DNA of 64,000 nt. Origin: Psammoneis japonica. Its lineage: Eukaryota. Every line of letters starts with the position of its first letter. Position 1 is the stretch's first letter. The DNA lies in assembly GCA_008632985.1 (NCBI GenBank), contig QPGO01000094.1:168721-232720 (forward strand). Reading direction: 5' to 3'. A program made the position numbers and the translations under genes. The notes beneath the pieces were generated by a model. The model was not told the origin of the DNA, did no database searches, and saw nothing but the letters and a program-made list of their open reading frames with translations. Below are positions 50,975 to 61,167 of this stretch, in pieces.

Positions 50975-51462
50975 AATGAGTAGCTCCTAGCTCTCTCAAC
51001 CAGTTTCACGCTCACAACACAAGTCTTGCGACACACGACGTCTGGTTAGTTGTGGTTGTGGTATTACAGTTGCGAGTAAGTGTTGGGTGACGCGGGTGTG
51101 CTGGGTGCTGGGTGCGGTGTGTCGCCTTTCGCTTCCATTTTTTATGTTTCTGCATGATTTTTGCAGTTTTCCCGCATTTTGTTATCTTCGGTCTGTTTTC
51201 TACCGGTACGGTAGGAGCCAATCAGAATCGTTATTATTTTATACCTATCAAAACTCGTACCGCTGTAGGGGAGATCGTGTAAAACTTTACAGATCGAACT
51301 TGAGAAGAATTCAGACCTCGCGAGTCGGGGGGGGAAGATATTCTTTCCATCACGCACCCAACACATCACAATGACACAAAACAAACTCGCGGTGCAAAGC
51401 CATCGTGTTTGCAATCTCATTCACTCTATAACCTTCCTCCCATTCGACACGTTCGCGCAACA

Positions 51463-52893
51463 ATGCCTTCTGGAGGTATCGGCCGCTTTGCAAACAGGAC
51501 CAAATCACCCGCCTGCTCTCAGACGGCTCCGTCGAGTCCGGATTCTTCAATCGCTTCGAAATCCACGAAAGGCCAAGCACAAATCGAGATCACCCACGGC
51601 GATTACTCTGAACTCGCTCGTGAGCTTGATGAATTCGAAGAGACATATCAGAACGCATTCAATGATGAGTCTCCTCCGTCTTCGCCTCGTTTCGGTGCCG
51701 CAGATTTCGGTGCAGACGTCGATTCTCCCGCGCCGAGTAACAAGGTCGCGGAAACAGTACTTTTACGGAGCGGCTCTGGTCCACTAGGAAAACTCAAGTC
51801 CAAGCAGCTCAACAATGTCGTCGACAAGCCTACGGCCGGTAACATGACCAAAAAAGATTTGCCGATTGAGGAAGATTCCGCCGTGGAACCAGGTGCTTCT
51901 GGGACCAAGCTCGCCGTTCCCAATGACAGCGACGCATTCCGGTCCAAAGGCAATCTATCAAGCTCGAAAGGACCCCGTTCGCAAGATCTGGCTGCTCCCA
52001 TTCACACCATGGGGCAGCAGGTACGCGGAGGCGCGACTACAAATGGCAGAGCCTCTCAATTCTCCTCGGAACGTGCCGGTACCTCCGCTGCCGAACTGCA
52101 AGGCCAGAACGGATCGCCTTCCAAGAATGCTCAAAACGAAAGCGATTTGGTAACAAAGAAGACGTATGCACGCAATAGTGACACTGACATTGTTGAGAAA
52201 CGCCGTGGTCTCGTGACTCCTTCAGAGATGGGTACTCGTCAAGATTTGAATACCAACGGCGGAATCGTAGAGGAAGCGGTTGCGCATGAGAATTCCAAGA
52301 CTCCCAAGAATCTCATCCAGCAGTTCGATTCGACTTCAAGCAATGCTCAAGCGCCGACTACTGCCGTCGGGTGCGGGTGGAACAACCGCAAAATTGTTGT
52401 GGACGAAGTTAGCAAGCTTCGCCAGTCTCGGAACGCGGCCGGTCCGGGCGATGAAGTGAGTAACGTGCTACAGTCTCGGAATGAGCTTGCTCCGGATGAC
52501 TCACCTCCCAACAACGGTGACTCGATCCCTCCGTCCGTACCTAACGACGCACCCGCCAAGGATGACCAAGTTACGTTGCAGGACGATTCCACCGACAAGG
52601 ATCAAAATACGGAGGAGCCAATCTCCACTTCGCCCAAAGCCGACGAGGAAAAGGAGAACGGAGAATCCATCGAGACGTCCTTTGACGACATGTTTTCGCA
52701 GTTTCTGGTCGACTTGCGTGACTCGAATGATATCAATGAGCGTGGTGAGGCTACGCTTATTGATCGCAACGTTCAACTTGCATCTGTCTATTCGCTAGCC
52801 CTTCAACGTCAGGGAGAAATGTTGGACTTGCTCGACGAGTTTGACGAAATTGACGCCATGGTGGAGGCCGCGTGCAATGCTGCCGTGTATTGA
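51463..52893 (+). CDS. Hypothetical low-complexity protein with a C-terminal acidic helix
   Basis: Long intact ORF (track 51409-52893); first ATG at 51463. No recognisable domain. Confidence 0.75.
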   Translation: MPSGGIGRFANRTKSPACSQTAPSSPDSSIASKSTKGQAQIEITHGDYSELARELDEFEETYQNAFNDESPPSSPRFGAADFGADVDSPAPSNKVAETVLLRSGSGPLGKLKSKQLNNVVDKPTAGNMTKKDLPIEEDSAVEPGASGTKLAVPNDSDAFRSKGNLSSSKGPRSQDLAAPIHTMGQQVRGGATTNGRASQFSSERAGTSAAELQGQNGSPSKNAQNESDLVTKKTYARNSDTDIVEKRRGLVTPSEMGTRQDLNTNGGIVEEAVAHENSKTPKNLIQQFDSTSSNAQAPTTAVGCGWNNRKIVVDEVSKLRQSRNAAGPGDEVSNVLQSRNELAPDDSPPNNGDSIPPSVPNDAPAKDDQVTLQDDSTDKDQNTEEPISTSPKADEEKENGESIETSFDDMFSQFLVDLRDSNDINERGEATLIDRNVQLASVYSLALQRQGEMLDLLDEFDEIDAMVEAACNAAVY

Positions 52894-54151
52894 AGAATCA
52901 ATGTGCAGTCGACAGAGTAGTTTCAAAGCGGGAGTTTTCGAAATGGTGAGACATGATGTATGTGCGTCGATTGATCCTTGTGTTTGCATATTGTTTGCTC
53001 ACGACTTGAGGGGCCTTTGAACGTAGGCAAATGTTTTGTTTGATATTCCGTGCGTTGTTTCTCCGGGTTGAGCTCAATCACAAAGACCAAAGAATGGGGT
53101 ATGGGGATGGATCAACAGCTACCAAGCTGATCGCAAGCTACTATTGAGGCCAGCTGTCTGTAGTTCTGCGTTGAATACAAGGGACGTTGAGGATGTGTGC
53201 GATATCTTACTCTGAAACTATGATGGTTTCTGTACGGGATTTCAACCTCTATTCTTCCTCGAATGTCTGTAGCTTGGATCCTCATAGAATCATTAGATAA
53301 TCAAAATTCCCAACATTTGCTATCTAGTTTTTTTCTAGGAAGAAGGCACTAGCTAGCTAGCTAGTTAGAGTACTAGCTAGAGTAATGAAGCATCAAAGTT
53401 GTGAATCGCAGATCTCTTAAACGCCGTTCTTGCAGGTTGCCAAGTATCTGAAGCGAGCCTCAACAGGGCACAAGGATACTGTACGGCAAAGAAAGGGCAA
53501 GGGACAGGGGACAGGGGGGGACTCCTCCTACTTAAGAGTGTGCGGATTAGGCGCGCGAGCTATCAACTTGTAGGGCACAAGCTTAGCTAAGCTAGCTAGA
53601 GTAGGGCCCTCTACTAGAGTAGTAGTAGGGCCTACTAGCTAGTAGCTACTAGTAGCGAGCGCTCCGCGCGCACGCGTCTGTTGGGTTGATCTGCACTGGA
53701 GTGCTCGACGTTTTACATATTAAAATATGTAGCTTGTATACCGAAGTCTACGCGGGCAAACAAACCTCATTCATCTCACAGCTTCCCACCATTTCAATGG
53801 CGGCGATAGGTATCATACTCGTATTGCACTATCAGATCTGCCCGCACTTGCTTTTGATCCCAACATATCTTGAGGTGAAAGAGTAAGGAAACTGACCGAC
53901 ACCCACACAGATCTACTACCACGATAGACAGACTCACTCTTCCAGAGAGGCAACTGGTTGGAAGCGCGGACAAACCGAGGCGTCGCTTGACAGGAGGTAG
54001 GTGGAGCTGGAGGCAGTACGGAGACTGTCGTAGATTTCTACGTGGAAAGTTGAACCATCAAAAAGAATCCCGTGACAGTTGAAAGGGGGAAGAAGTGCGC
54101 CCTGAACGACTTGGTTTGGGAAGATTTTGGGACGCAAATCGGTATTTCCAG

Positions 54152-57100
54152 ATGGAGGGTTCAGGTTTAGGCGATGGGAGCCTTTTATCTCCTGAGAACG
54201 GCGTTTCGTACGAAGATATAATGGGAATATCACCCCCCACTGCAGATGATTCTGGTGAAGGGGGTGGAGCGTCGGCACTCTCATCTCGTTTGGTTCACTT
54301 CCGTGAATGGTTGAAAACCGAGGCAAAAGTGGTTGTTCATCCTTCTGTCTGCATTGTTAATGGAGAAGCAACGGATGGAACAAAGAATGCTCCGGTACTT
54401 ACGTTTGGTCCTCCGATTCCAACAGCTGCTCCTACTGGCACGTCGGGGGCTGCGACGGCGGGGACCGGACGTTGTGGTGCAGTGGACAGGGAACTCGATC
54501 AAGCATTGTACGATAGAACAATTGGATGCCAGGTTCGAGTCGCTCGGGAGATGAAGAAACAAGACGTGTTCATGACTATGCCTCGGGGTGCTATGGTGAC
54601 GCCAGACTTGATAGCTTCAAGTGATGCGGGCAGGGCAGTACTGGCATGCTGTGAAATGAGGGGACGGGGATTTTGGGGTGCATTTGAGAATACAGCCGTC
54701 TGTGAGAAGAATTTTGCGGACAAAATAGGACGAAATAGTGGGACACAGCTGCTGGTGAAGATTCTGCAGGAGAGAAAAAAAGCAGAAACCGCCATTCCAA
54801 AGTCAGCGCGTGAGCAGAAAAATGGGGAATGCAACCGAGCTAGCTATGGGATAGTTTCCACCCGAGCGCCATATTTGGCTTTTCTAATTCACCAGCGATT
54901 CTCCAATGAAGTTACACCTCTTGTTACAGCAAACGCATCAAAATCTTCAATTGAACGTGAGGATCCAGAGCTCTCCAGTCGCAGAATAGACAAGCCCCCA
55001 GGAACACCAGACACGTTCGCTCCGTATGTCCGCACGTTACCATCAGTAGTACCATTGCCTTTCTGTTGGAAAAGAAATGAGCTCGCGCTTCTTGCTGGTT
55101 GCATTCCGGGGATCACACCCCTGCTGGAAGTGGCGTCTCGAACTTGTCAGCTTGCGTCCGAGTTTGTGGCGCTGGTGGAAGCTGGGTTGTGTCGTCGTTT
55201 TCCAGACACTTTCCCTCCCGGGGTAATAACGTGGGAAAGATGGGTATGGGCGGCATCTGTATTCTCTTCACGGGCACTTCCTGTTTCTTGCTATTTAAAC
55301 AAAGGGGAGCAATCAGCAGCCGATCACGTGCAAAACAAAAACTTGCTTCTACAGTCACCGCCGGATGTTTGGGACGAATTGGGTGTAATGATTCCTTTAT
55401 TAGACATGCTAAACCATGAAGGAGAGACCTCGCAGGTAACTTGGGAGCCATCTGAGCCGGTCGAGGATGTAACCACCCTCGCGAATGGGACAGCAAATGC
55501 GTCGGGTGAGTCGCCGCAAAGTCAGGAGGGGTCGTCTAATGTCACGTTCCGCCCTCCTCGAGCAGTCCTGAACAAGAGGGTGAAGAAGGGATCGCAAGTC
55601 TATTGCAGCTATGGTCAACTAAGTAACCAGATTCTGATGGTTCAATATGGGTTCGCCCAGATAAACAACCCGCTTGATGAGGTGAAGATTGGCTGGGGTT
55701 TGTCGGACGCTATAGGCAACGTAGATCCTCCGAGCGACTACGTTTCAATATTCTCTGATGCCGACAACGACGACGGGACGTCTACTGGCGGTGACTCTTT
55801 CAAGAACATCAAGGGTTTGGTGTACGAATCTACCGAATCCTCTTTTATGGACTCATGGTGGTCAGATGACCGCTTAGCCCTTCTTGAGAAAGAGGCCTTA
55901 TTATCCGACTCATTCATTTCATCGTTGAAAGCCGGCAGAAAAATGACGGTTGCTGCGTTCAACAACGGTACATATCATCCTATCTTGCTTACTTTGGCCG
56001 TCATAGGGACAATGCCCGCGGGAAGTGTCGCAAAGCAGGTTTCTCGAGAACGAGGTGCTAGCATCATTATATCAAAACGGCACCAAGCCATTCTGCGGAA
56101 CTACCTTGCTTTTTTTTACACTCGTAAGCTTGAGAAACTGTTGCAGAACCTCAACACCGGCCTGAAAGACCATTTCAACAATGTTCAGTTGTGGACGAAG
56201 ATGACAGAAGGTGGTTTGAACTACAGCACGGAGGACAAAGACGACCAGGCCTGCGCTGGGTGGCAGACATTCTTTGATCTTCATGCTTACTCGGCCACAA
56301 TGGAACTAGAGAGAAAGTACTATGCTGTTGGACCAGATAGCTGCGTCCTTGCTTTGTACGATGGCCACCTGCGTTCATTACGCGCTTCTCTGGATGGATT
56401 GTTGTCCCAAGAAAAGTTCGAAGAAGGAGTTCTTCGGCAACTCTCCGACCTTGACTTTTCAATTGGGACGGACGATCAAGAAGAGTCTGCGTCTGATGGG
56501 GAACAAAAGGGTGAGAAAGCGAAGTCAGGAGGCAAGGAGCAGCTATCGACGTCTTCAGGGAAGGAAAGTGGTGGAGAGAAAAGCAGTAGGCGGCGAAACA
56601 GGAAGAAAGGTGATCGACCTCCGGCGTTAAAACTTCATATTGGTAATCTTTCGTACACGACAAAACCTCCTGATTTGTTTGAATTTTTCGCTGGGTTGTA
56701 CGGGAGAGAAAACATCTTGGAGTGTCACATTCCGACGGAGCGAGGAAGCGGCAGGTCACGAGGCTTCGGGTTCGTGACCATGCCCGAGGCGGTGGCCATG
56801 AAAGCACTCAATTCTGGTCGAAAGTATGAAATTGCTGGCCGTTTGTTGAAGGTTGCACAAAGTAACTCAGCTGGTGCGGGAAAGACCAGCTCAAAGATTT
56901 CGGCCCAACCTGCGTCAATGCCAAGCGATCGGTGCGCAAAATGTGGATACAGACCGAAGTATTGTACATGTCCCATGCCAATGATTTCCGGGAATAATGG
57001 AGATTCAAACAGGCGTGGGGATGATTTGAGGCCCCCGCCTATGGACAACGCTGGCCCGTACGGACACTACGGCCGAAGCAGCGATGCGGGCTTCTATGAC

Positions 57101-57721
57101 CCAAGCGGTAGACACCGACCCCCTGGGCGGCGGGGCTCTTACAGCCGAAGTCCGTCCCCGCGTGGTCGTGGGAGCAGCCGATCGAATCGCAATGATAGGG
57201 ACAGACTTGAGTATGACCGTGGATATCGGGACTATCGGCGTGGCCGAAGTCGGTCACGCAGTTTCAGTTTTGATGAAGATCGTGATAGGGGGAGGAGTCG
57301 AAGCGGACGCGACCGGTCAAGGGATAAGAGGAAGTCGCGTGACAGCGTGGGATCGGGCAGTCGCAGTAGCCGTGGTGGTAGCTCAGGTTGGGACAGACGT
57401 TTGTCACGTGATCGGAGTCCAAGTGAAGGAAGGGGTAGAAGTAGCAGAAGCTATGCGGATTCTCGGCGCGACCGTCGCAGTCTCAGTGCAGAACGTCAAG
57501 GTGGGTCGAGAGAGAGAGGTCTGAGTCGCAGTGTTTCTCCACATAGATCAAGGAGCAATAAAGGTATGCCTGAAACTGGACGAAAACGGGAAGGGCACCA
57601 CAGAAGGCGTAGCAGAAGCAGAAGTCGCGGTCGAAGTGGCCGGAGAAAACGACGAAGGCAGGCGAGAAGTAGGAGTTTGAGTCTCCCACGTAGCCGTTCT
57701 CGTAGTGCTAGCAAGGAATAG
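54152..57721 (+). CDS. SET-domain (Rubisco-LSMT/SETD3-like) protein fused to an RRM and an RS-rich tail
   Basis: WAASVFSSRA, MIPLLDMLNH, QVYCSYGQLSNQILMVQYGF (SET). LHIGNLSY and RSRGFGFVTM (RNP2/RNP1). CAKCGYRPKYCTC, then a long RS domain. Confidence 0.9.
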   Translation: MEGSGLGDGSLLSPENGVSYEDIMGISPPTADDSGEGGGASALSSRLVHFREWLKTEAKVVVHPSVCIVNGEATDGTKNAPVLTFGPPIPTAAPTGTSGAATAGTGRCGAVDRELDQALYDRTIGCQVRVAREMKKQDVFMTMPRGAMVTPDLIASSDAGRAVLACCEMRGRGFWGAFENTAVCEKNFADKIGRNSGTQLLVKILQERKKAETAIPKSAREQKNGECNRASYGIVSTRAPYLAFLIHQRFSNEVTPLVTANASKSSIEREDPELSSRRIDKPPGTPDTFAPYVRTLPSVVPLPFCWKRNELALLAGCIPGITPLLEVASRTCQLASEFVALVEAGLCRRFPDTFPPGVITWERWVWAASVFSSRALPVSCYLNKGEQSAADHVQNKNLLLQSPPDVWDELGVMIPLLDMLNHEGETSQVTWEPSEPVEDVTTLANGTANASGESPQSQEGSSNVTFRPPRAVLNKRVKKGSQVYCSYGQLSNQILMVQYGFAQINNPLDEVKIGWGLSDAIGNVDPPSDYVSIFSDADNDDGTSTGGDSFKNIKGLVYESTESSFMDSWWSDDRLALLEKEALLSDSFISSLKAGRKMTVAAFNNGTYHPILLTLAVIGTMPAGSVAKQVSRERGASIIISKRHQAILRNYLAFFYTRKLEKLLQNLNTGLKDHFNNVQLWTKMTEGGLNYSTEDKDDQACAGWQTFFDLHAYSATMELERKYYAVGPDSCVLALYDGHLRSLRASLDGLLSQEKFEEGVLRQLSDLDFSIGTDDQEESASDGEQKGEKAKSGGKEQLSTSSGKESGGEKSSRRRNRKKGDRPPALKLHIGNLSYTTKPPDLFEFFAGLYGRENILECHIPTERGSGRSRGFGFVTMPEAVAMKALNSGRKYEIAGRLLKVAQSNSAGAGKTSSKISAQPASMPSDRCAKCGYRPKYCTCPMPMISGNNGDSNRRGDDLRPPPMDNAGPYGHYGRSSDAGFYDPSGRHRPPGRRGSYSRSPSPRGRGSSRSNRNDRDRLEYDRGYRDYRRGRSRSRSFSFDEDRDRGRSRSGRDRSRDKRKSRDSVGSGSRSSRGGSSGWDRRLSRDRSPSEGRGRSSRSYADSRRDRRSLSAERQGGSRERGLSRSVSPHRSRSNKGMPETGRKREGHHRRRSRSRSRGRSGRRKRRRQARSRSLSLPRSRSRSASKE

Positions 57722-57939
57722 AGCAGTGCAAGTACGGCGCCATACTTTCAATAACAATGGGTTTGGGAATTTACTGCCTAGAGTCGTTACTAATTCACAC
57801 CACGTGCTTTGCGTTTACCTTTATTTTGCAAACGTTACCGGTAGTGGTGTTGCTGGACCGCAATTTCAAGCAGCTCTCTACTTTCCGCCATGGAAAGTGT
57901 TCTGTATGGCGCAACTTTGTTTCACTCACCGGGAGTTGT

Positions 57940-58105
57940 CACTGCGAGATAACGAAGTGGGTACTATCCCACTCGGGCAGCCGCAGCAGGCGTGGCGGAA
58001 GCTCAGGTTGGGACAGACGGCTGCCACGCAAGATTTTCCAAGTGAATGAAGCAGGAGAAGCAGTACTGTAGAAGCTATGCGGATGAGTCTTGGAGCGACC
58101 GTCAG
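57940..58105 (+). repeat. Diverged partial duplicate of the RS-tail coding segment ~57340-57480
   Basis: Shared AGCTCAGGTTGGGACAGACG, TCCAAGTGAA, AGAAGCTATGCGGAT and GCGACCGTC in the same order. Confidence 0.85.
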
Positions 58106-58943
58106 AACATCGTCATTCTGCTTACTCATGGGAACATCTTCTTGAAGCAGTTTCAACTAATCTCAGTTGTCACTTATTTTGCTTGCAAAGTTTCACAAAT
58201 TCGTAGGGGCACAGTCACTTCCAACTTCGTGCCGCTGTGTTTTTTGAACCTTCGACTTCATTGCTATCTACCGGTATTGGGCTTCTGTACTGTATCTCTT
58301 CAACAGTTCTTGCTTTACAAACATTCACATATTTTAAAATACATAATAATGAGAGAAATATATTCAAGAATATACATAAAAGATACGTTGAGTTCGTTAC
58401 GCATGATTACCGTACATACATCTTCTCAATTCTGTCAGACGTTTAAAAGAGGTGTTTACGCGTATCCAACAGCTTATAAATATATAAAGATTATCAATGA
58501 ATTGTATCTAACACTGAATGATAAAAAAGTCATATGGTTACGAAAAGTAAGTTATAAAACAGTTGCATACAAGATTAGCGTGGCGCGCGACACTGTATGT
58601 CACTCTTCTTCTTCTGCAAAAATACCGTGCTTTCGGCATGTTGCTGTCGTCGTCAATGGAAAAACCGATAGGGGCGACGGAAAGAAAGACAAGAGCAAGT
58701 TGACAGTCGTTTCGGAACAAAACGATCTCGCACAGTGTCATTCTTCTAAACGTGCTGGTGGGGAGACGTTGGAACTGAACAGAACTCTGACTCATCAAGG
58801 CAATTTCAAGTTTCATCAAGGAAGCTTTCTCTTCCGACTTCTGCCCGAGAAACGGAACTTGAATGAATGGAACGCACCTACGTTCATGCTTAGTTGTGGG
58901 GAGTCATGAGATATGATTTGGCTTTCTTCCTTTGCTGCTGCAG

Positions 58944-60867
58944 GTCGTTTCTGGGTTCTGATGATGCTGAAAACGGAGAGAACTTTTATTCTTTATTGGG
59001 CTTAGATCAAGATGCATCCTCGGAAGAGATCAAACGTGCCTACAAGCGCCAGAGCCTCCAGATGCATCCCGACAAATTAGCGCAGAAAGGGAAGGTTGTC
59101 ACCGAAGAAGACCAGGCGCGATTCACCCGAATGAAAGAGGCCTATGAGGTATGTCTGAAAGCGGCCGTTTAGTTTTCATTACTGTTTACTTATCCTCACT
59201 TCTTTCGGCACCACGCAACGTGCAACGTCGTCGCATCGTAATGGACAGGTACTATCCGACCCACATAAGCGGGAAACGTATGATGCCATTGGTGAACGAG
59301 GGATGAAATGGCTTGAGGAGCCATTCAGTTTGGACCCGCAGGAGTTGGCGCATAACTTTGCCACATCTTCAGCATTAGACCGCTCCAAAATATTCGCAAT
59401 ATTCGTCGGCATTGCAGTTTCAGTATTTCTGCTTCCAATTCTGGTTTGTCTGCAAGTAGATGGCCATTTCGGAAGCAGTACGAAATGGTCTGGTATTTTA
59501 ATTCCATTGTGGATATGGAATGCTTTCATTTTGTTTTATCACAGTCGAGTCATCATGATGGGACCAATTGCTCGTCCGGAACATGTGGCACCAGAAGAAT
59601 GGGTAGACCCGCTTCCTATGAAAAAACGGATATTTTCACTTGTCAGATTCCTTCTCATTGTGCTATTCGAAGTACTTGCGGCTCTCAAACTTGACGGAGT
59701 GTTGAATTGGAATTGGTGGGTCGTTTTCTTCCCACTGTACATATGGGAAGCGACCACATTGTACAAGAAATTTCCACTGGCCCGCATGCGGATCGTCACT
59801 GTGGAAGACCTCGAAATAGCACTCGGAAAACCTTTTTCGGAGTTTACAGTATCAGAAAAAGAGCTGATTAGCAAGCGGTATTCCGTAGTGCCATCTACCA
59901 CAAGTCCGGAGTTCGAAGCGGCACAGAAAATAAAGACAAGAGCGCGACAAGATATGGTCAAGAGTGCCTTTCGAATTGCATTTGTCCTTCTTCTGATTTT
60001 GCAGCTGGACGGCAATCTTCATTGGAACTGGTGGCTTGTCTTTGCTCCTTTTTGGATAATGACGTTTCTTGTTTGCTATGCAAACTACCAGGCATTTGCT
60101 GAGGTGCAGGCAATGGCAGTTGAGAAAGACCCGACCCTGTTTGGACTGAAGAAAGAAGGGGAGGCAGAATTCACTGCCAGTTACGGAGCTGTAGGTAAAG
60201 ACGGAGATGCGACTCCAGCGACAGCAAACGAAGTCACAGGTACGGGGGAGCTTTCCGAGGAAGAGCGTGAGGAACTCAAAGCACAAGTAATGGCCAGTGG
60301 GTCTCGTTTGTGCAGTAAATGCTGCTCGCAGGGGTTCCTATTGTTGATTGTTGTTCTCTTCGTCGGAAAGATTCAGGGTGCGCCCTACTCCTCTTTATGG
60401 ATCATTTCCCCTCTGCTGATAGTGGTACGTATTTGTGTGCAGACTCATAAGTTGCTGTGTAATAACCGTTTCTCAATGCTGTAGTTGCCAATCTATCGGT
60501 CTCTGCCTTCTTGCAGGCAAGCACAATACTTTGTTGCCTGGCGTGTGCGATATTTGGTATTACGGAGGTGCCAACAGACGGCGTAGAATTTGACACTGGC
60601 AGTAGCACGGATGTAGGCACGCAGGAATCATCTGGAATTGGGACTGGTGCACACGAATATGTTGCACCTGGGATGCCACAGGACGACCACGCACCGACAT
60701 CCACATGGGACCCAGAGACGGGACAGACATGGAAGAAAGAGCAGGTCGACCACACTTCTGTTGCACTGAGTCATGAAGCAACCGTTCCGGGCCCACCAGC
60801 AGATTTGTTAGACGATGACGCAGCGAAGCCCCTTGCGGGAGTGAGCGAAATTCATGAACTCGATTAG
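58944..60867 (+). CDS. DnaJ-domain multi-pass membrane protein (TMEM185/TMEM203-like repeats); first exon not resolved
   Basis: J domain YSLLGL...IKRAYKRQSLQMHPDK...AYE|VLSDPHKRETYD, and three repeats of LxLDG...WxWWxVFxPxWI. Introns at ~59149-59248 and ~60426-60516. Confidence 0.88.
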
Positions 60868-61167
60868 CGCCATACATCGTCGTTTCGGGGCGCTGTCCGC
60901 ACAACATACTATTATTCATTTTTTATAAGAGGGAGTTAAGTCAAATCCACTGAGAAGTTACGTATTAATTGTGAAACCATCTTCGATAATATTCGTTCGT
61001 TGTCAACCACAATACACACTACCAGCGACGCGGCAACAAAACGTTCTGCTCCTTGCACACATCACGAAAAGTATCGTTGACCATCTCTTTCATTGCACTG
61101 CAAGAAAACAGAAAAAAATAGTGATAAGAAACAGTAAACGGAGCGTGACGGGAAAGGGAGCAGCTTC

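Noticed and set aside
58046..58909. 287 aa ORF as a gene
   Set aside because: It starts in the duplicated RS fragment and crosses AT-rich intergenic DNA, with no domain-like content.
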